From: Candidatus Nanoarchaeia archaeon
GTDB taxonomy: Archaea; Nanobdellota; Nanobdellia; Woesearchaeales; DATDXC01
Direction of reading: 5' to 3'
DNA: 64,000 bases
NCBI GenBank assembly: GCA_035289425.1
Contig: DATDXC010000032.1
Coordinates: 22,550-86,549 of the forward strand
The position numbers and the translations under genes were made by a program. Under the pieces are notes generated by a model. That model was not told where the DNA came from, ran no database searches, and was given only the letters and a program-made list of their open reading frames with translations. Positions 60,302 through 64,000 of the stretch are shown here, piece by piece. Numbering within the stretch: the stretch's first letter is position 1; every line of letters begins with the position of its first letter.

Positions 60302-61174
60302 ATGAAAACAAATTTTCTAATGATAATGGTACTATTGTCTATTGGATTGGTTGTCGCTCAACCAGCATTTCAAGCTGCAATAGTAACTAATCCGATTACT
60401 GGAGAGAATAAGAATTCTGTCAGTCTTCCTCCAAAGGCTGTTGAGGTTGCACCAAACCTATACTACCTCGGCGAGGCTGTTGATGAGGGAAGACTGGTTG
60501 AAGGGTATGCTATTGTGCATCCTGCATCAAGACAGGCAAAACCAGGCAGCCAATGTGGGAATGGCGTCTGTGAAGCTGGAGAAAGTGCGAATAAATGCCC
60601 TGCTGATTGCGGTGGAAGCCCCACGAGTTCATGCTATGGGTTCCTTGCAAATGGCGCTAAATGGAAGACTTTGGAACCCTATATGGTTGATCCCACCAAT
60701 ACTGAAGGGTTAAATGACAGTTTTGTTAGATCAAATCTTGCTGCAGATATTGCTAAATGGGAGGCTGCTGCAGGAAGCAACATCATAGGTGATGAGACTA
60801 ATGGGGTTGTGGATGGTGCAGACACTTTAAGCACCGATGGCAAGAATGAGGTATTGTTCGGAAGTGTTGACGGCAACGGAATTGCTGTTACGATAGTATG
60901 GGGTATCTTCAGAGGCCCACCCTCAGGCAGAGAACTTGTTGAATGGGACCAGATATATGACCAGGTTGATTTCGACTGGGGCAATAGTGGAGCAGCAACT
61001 AAGATGGACTTCGAGAACATAGCTACCCATGAGCTTGGACACTCATTTGGGCTGGATGATCTCTATACTACAGAATGCTTTGAAGAAACCATGTATGGGT
61101 ATGGGACTGAGGGTGAAACGAAAAAGAGAACCCTTGAAGCAGGAGACATAGCAGGCATACAAGCCCTCTATTAG
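60302..61174 (+). CDS. secreted zinc metalloprotease (metzincin-like)
   Basis: Signal peptide plus the 'HELGHSFGLDD' HExxHxxGxx motif. Confidence 0.65.
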   Translation: MKTNFLMIMVLLSIGLVVAQPAFQAAIVTNPITGENKNSVSLPPKAVEVAPNLYYLGEAVDEGRLVEGYAIVHPASRQAKPGSQCGNGVCEAGESANKCPADCGGSPTSSCYGFLANGAKWKTLEPYMVDPTNTEGLNDSFVRSNLAADIAKWEAAAGSNIIGDETNGVVDGADTLSTDGKNEVLFGSVDGNGIAVTIVWGIFRGPPSGRELVEWDQIYDQVDFDWGNSGAATKMDFENIATHELGHSFGLDDLYTTECFEETMYGYGTEGETKKRTLEAGDIAGIQALY

Positions 61175-61179
61175 TTTCT

Positions 61180-61713
61180 TTATTTTCTTTTTCTCATTCC
61201 TTCAACTTCTTCTGCCAAAGCCTTAACTTTTTCAGCAACCTTATGGCCTAATTCTTTCTCCCACCTATCCAAGCATTGCTGAAGTGTGATGCGTTTACTA
61301 CCTGCTATAAGATTGTCAGCATGCGTTATTATTTTTTCTTCTTTGGTAATTGGAACATATTCTTTCAATGGGAGATCCAATTTTTGATCGATAATATCCT
61401 GCTTCGAGATTCCTGCTCCCAAATGCCTTTCACAGATAGAAGCGTATTGGGGAATGCCTTCTTTCCTACAAATTTCTGCTCCTACAATACCATGCTGCTG
61501 CACCCTATCTGGCCAGGTATCAAATCTCCCAATGTCATGTAACAAACTGCCTATCCGGATATACTCGATATCTACGCCAGGGATATCCTTGGCAATTTCC
61601 AAAGCAAGCTCCTGGACTGCTTTGACATGTCCTAAGACTCTAGTAAAACTTACTTCATTCCTCGAATGTTTTTTTAACAGCCCAATTGCCTGAGCTTCAG
61701 TAATATCCTGCAT
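61180..61713 (-). CDS. HD-domain phosphohydrolase
   Basis: The 'HDIGR' HD motif. Confidence 0.7.
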   Translation of the reverse strand: MQDITEAQAIGLLKKHSRNEVSFTRVLGHVKAVQELALEIAKDIPGVDIEYIRIGSLLHDIGRFDTWPDRVQQHGIVGAEICRKEGIPQYASICERHLGAGISKQDIIDQKLDLPLKEYVPITKEEKIITHADNLIAGSKRITLQQCLDRWEKELGHKVAEKVKALAEEVEGMRKRK

Positions 61714-61905
61714 TTGATTGATACGAGAATGTTAGATTAAAAAGGTTTTGTTGATAAAGAGGTGAGCCGGTGCCAAAGGCTTCTCTCCGGCTCACGTGAT
61801 GACGGATTGCTCCGTTCCTCACCTCTTTCTCCCTGCGAGGAATAGAAAAGGTCCCCCGAGATTTATTGTGGGGGGTGGTTTGTAAGAAATCGATCGAGGG
61901 GACCT

Positions 61906-62322
61906 TTAAGCGTTTTTCCTGATTTCGTTAGGTAGTTTTCTCAGCTCCTGCAGCCACATGAGGCCAATGCGAATCATCTCCTTGTTGAACTTGTCAGTTA
62001 ACCGGTACGTTTTCTTGTATAAATCGTAGTCAATGATGCCCATACTCTTCATAGGGGTCAATATGCGGTCATAAAATTGCCTTTTGTTGTAGCTTATCTT
62101 CACTTTTTTGCCCCGGTAGGGTGCCTCGTCAATCTGATCAGTGATTATCTTCCCTTCATGAAGCTGAGTGGCAAAAAAGCTCATTTCAGTCTTGGTTATC
62201 TCGCCGCCCTTTTCCTTGATCATAACCACCAGCAGTTTGCCAACGATAATCTGCTGCTTGGTGGCGAAAATCACCTCATATACGTCCTCTGGGAGGTTGT
62301 AACGGTCAAATAAGATAACCAT
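61906..62322 (-). CDS. hypothetical protein
   Basis: A 138-aa ORF. Confidence 0.35.
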   Translation of the reverse strand: MVILFDRYNLPEDVYEVIFATKQQIIVGKLLVVMIKEKGGEITKTEMSFFATQLHEGKIITDQIDEAPYRGKKVKISYNKRQFYDRILTPMKSMGIIDYDLYKKTYRLTDKFNKEMIRIGLMWLQELRKLPNEIRKNA

Positions 62323-62517
62323 GGTAGCCCTCTGCCAAAGCTAGTATATAAATGTTTCTATTTTGTAGATTAGTATAGTAATTTGTATATTAATATAAAT
62401 GTTGGCTGAATGAATTGCGGTAAGATTATGCGGGAATACGCAGGAAAGATTTTCTTTTGCGGCCCGGTAAACCGCCCGATAAAAGTATGGGATTGACTAA
62501 GGGGAGATAGCTACCCA

Positions 62518-64000
62518 CTACTTGAAGAAATTAGCAATCTTCTCTGCATACAATTTAGTAATTTTCACATCATAGTCTGGAGGGAAACATTTGTGGTAAG
62601 TATCCCAGGCGTATCTTTCATCCAGAAATGCAATAATTCCTTTGTCTGTCTCTGACCGGATGCATCTGCCGGCATTCTGCAATACTTTGATTATAGCAGG
62701 ATAGACATAACCATACTCCCACCCTTTCTTGAACTTCTGGTCATAATACTCTATCAGGGATTGTATCTCAAGCGATGGTTTCTCCAAAGGAAGCCCCACA
62801 ACGATGACACCCTTGAGCTCATCTCCGGGTAGATCCACGCCCTCTCCGAAACTTCCCGTAGTCACCGCTAACAGCACAGTGCCTTCGTCCTTGCATGATC
62901 TGAACTCTTCCAGGAGTTTTTGCTTGTCCTCTTTAGAAAGGTTGCGCTTCTCAAGAAGCATGGGCTTTCCTAATTTCTCTTCAAGAAAAGCGAATACATT
63001 GTTTCTCAGCTGGTAGCTGGGAAAGAATACTATAGAGTTTCCAGGAATTTCGTTGGTGATGGTGTTTATTATTGCAGCTATTTTACCAAATTCCTCCTTT
63101 GTCCTTCTTGTATATTTGGTTGTTGTATCAGGTATAATCAAGCTCAACCTGTTGTTCTTCGGAAAGGGGCTCTTGAATGTCTTTTCGATAACATCATTGA
63201 ATCCCAATACATCCTTATACATGAATGTGGGGGTAAGAGTACCGCTCATAAGGATTATTGAATGTGCTTCGTTGATTATTTCCCCTGTTATGAGAGATGG
63301 ATCCAAGCATCTATAGGAGAGTTCTATAATGGCTTCATAGGAGCCTTGTTTTCGGGAAAGTATGCGGGCAAAACCATTGTCCTGGCCTAACCAGGATTCC
63401 AAAAAAATGGCGATGGAAGCCAAGTAACTCTGTTTTTGCTGCTCCCGAATTTCGTCCCCTGCAAAAGTAAGTCTGGTAATTACCTCCTGATAATCTGGAA
63501 CCTTTTCAGAGAATTCTTTCTTAGACAATAATTTTTCTGTCTTAACTTCACCAAGATCCTTAGCTAAATCTTCCAGGAGAGAGAGTAGCTGTTGGAGCAT
63601 ATCCCCCTCTTCAAAAAAACCGAATTTAGCTGCTTCCTTAATAGCCCGCTTGAGCGTCATGTCTGAAAGCCGTGCTGTCATCAGTTCCCTGGCTCGCTTA
63701 GGAAGGTTATGTGCTTCATCAACGATGATAATTGATTTGCTGAGCTCTTTCTCAGTCCGAAGGAAAAATGGGTTTCTGATGCTTTTATTGAAAATATAAT
63801 TGTAATCTGCAATGATGATATTAGCCTGCTTTCCGACCAATGCTGCCATCTCATAGGGGCAGAGCTTTTCCTGTCTGCAGATTTCGATAAGATCTTCAGT
63901 ATGATCAGGGCTTCTCTGCGTGAGTTCCTCCAGCATTCTTGTCGCATCAAGCGTCAGGGCACCATTCTTCTTCTTTGTTCTGGTATAAAATTCGCATGCG
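62518..64000 (-). CDS. XPD/Rad3/DinG-family helicase (C-terminal part; N-terminus beyond window edge)
   Basis: Has the FeS-domain Cys pattern 'CRQEKLCPYE', the DEAH box 'IIVDEAHNLP', and a C-terminal 'VTTGSFGEGVDLPGD'. The reading frame stays open through position 64000. Confidence 0.75.
   Translation of the reverse strand, partial: ACEFYTRTKKKNGALTLDATRMLEELTQRSPDHTEDLIEICRQEKLCPYEMAALVGKQANIIIADYNYIFNKSIRNPFFLRTEKELSKSIIIVDEAHNLPKRARELMTARLSDMTLKRAIKEAAKFGFFEEGDMLQQLLSLLEDLAKDLGEVKTEKLLSKKEFSEKVPDYQEVITRLTFAGDEIREQQKQSYLASIAIFLESWLGQDNGFARILSRKQGSYEAIIELSYRCLDPSLITGEIINEAHSIILMSGTLTPTFMYKDVLGFNDVIEKTFKSPFPKNNRLSLIIPDTTTKYTRRTKEEFGKIAAIINTITNEIPGNSIVFFPSYQLRNNVFAFLEEKLGKPMLLEKRNLSKEDKQKLLEEFRSCKDEGTVLLAVTTGSFGEGVDLPGDELKGVIVVGLPLEKPSLEIQSLIEYYDQKFKKGWEYGYVYPAIIKVLQNAGRCIRSETDKGIIAFLDERYAWDTYHKCFPPDYDVKITKLYAEKIANFFK

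Overview
This window looks like a low-GC (~40%) archaeal chromosome segment, probably from a small-genome DPANN-like lineage. That assignment is inference from gene content. The archaeal markers are RpoL (RNAP subunit L), an archaeal-type NMN adenylyltransferase, RibL, a PIN+KH PilT-like ATPase, Lrp/AsnC regulators, TTTAAA-type promoters and intron-bearing tRNAs. The bacterial-like genes are the grpE-dnaK-dnaJ cluster and a truncated 587-aa AlaRS.

Most of the window is housekeeping:
- NAD metabolism: nadM, nadE.
- An AsnB-like amidotransferase fused to a DUF71 (diphthine-ammonia-ligase-like) domain.
- ribL, and lipoylation genes lplA and lipA.
- A Nox/CoADR-type flavoprotein.
- Nitrogen uptake: glnA, glnK and amt.
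- hisS, RNase HII, SMC, dus, aquaporin and a Zur-like/ZIP pair.
- A cell-surface glycan cluster: GT4, UDP-galactopyranose mutase, epimerase, a GT1/28 glycosyltransferase and an acyltransferase.
- Several secreted hydrolase or repeat proteins, and a partial XPD/Rad3 helicase at the 3' edge.

RNA genes:
- tRNA-Gln(TTG).
- tRNA-Pro(CGG).
- An intron-containing tRNA-Met(CAT) with initiator-like features.
- A tRNA-Gly(TCC) on the minus strand with two apparent non-canonical introns, one in the D-loop and one in the T-arm.
- A further minus-strand tRNA with canonical acceptor and T arms but an unresolved, intron-laden body.

The most unusual signal is a recurring architecture seen twice, at ~33.5-34.5 kb and ~48.4-49.3 kb. 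In each, a double-motif LAGLIDADG homing-endonuclease-like gene abuts an intron-bearing tRNA gene. One gene is frameshifted; the other is intact and has an N-terminal HTH. Its stop codon lies inside the tRNA gene. On the far side of the endonuclease gene sits a 20-30 nt direct repeat of the tRNA terminal segment.

Other points of interest:
- A nucleotidyltransferase/HEPN toxin-antitoxin-like pair in a small island between tRNA-Gln and tRNA-Pro.
- An unresolved tRNA-like structured element.
- A second HEPN-like (Rx6H) protein.
- GC-rich structured intergenic islands that share 10-mers.
- A Fur-box-like palindrome between the Zur-like and ZIP genes.

Coordinates for RNA features were derived by hand and may be off by 1-2 nt.
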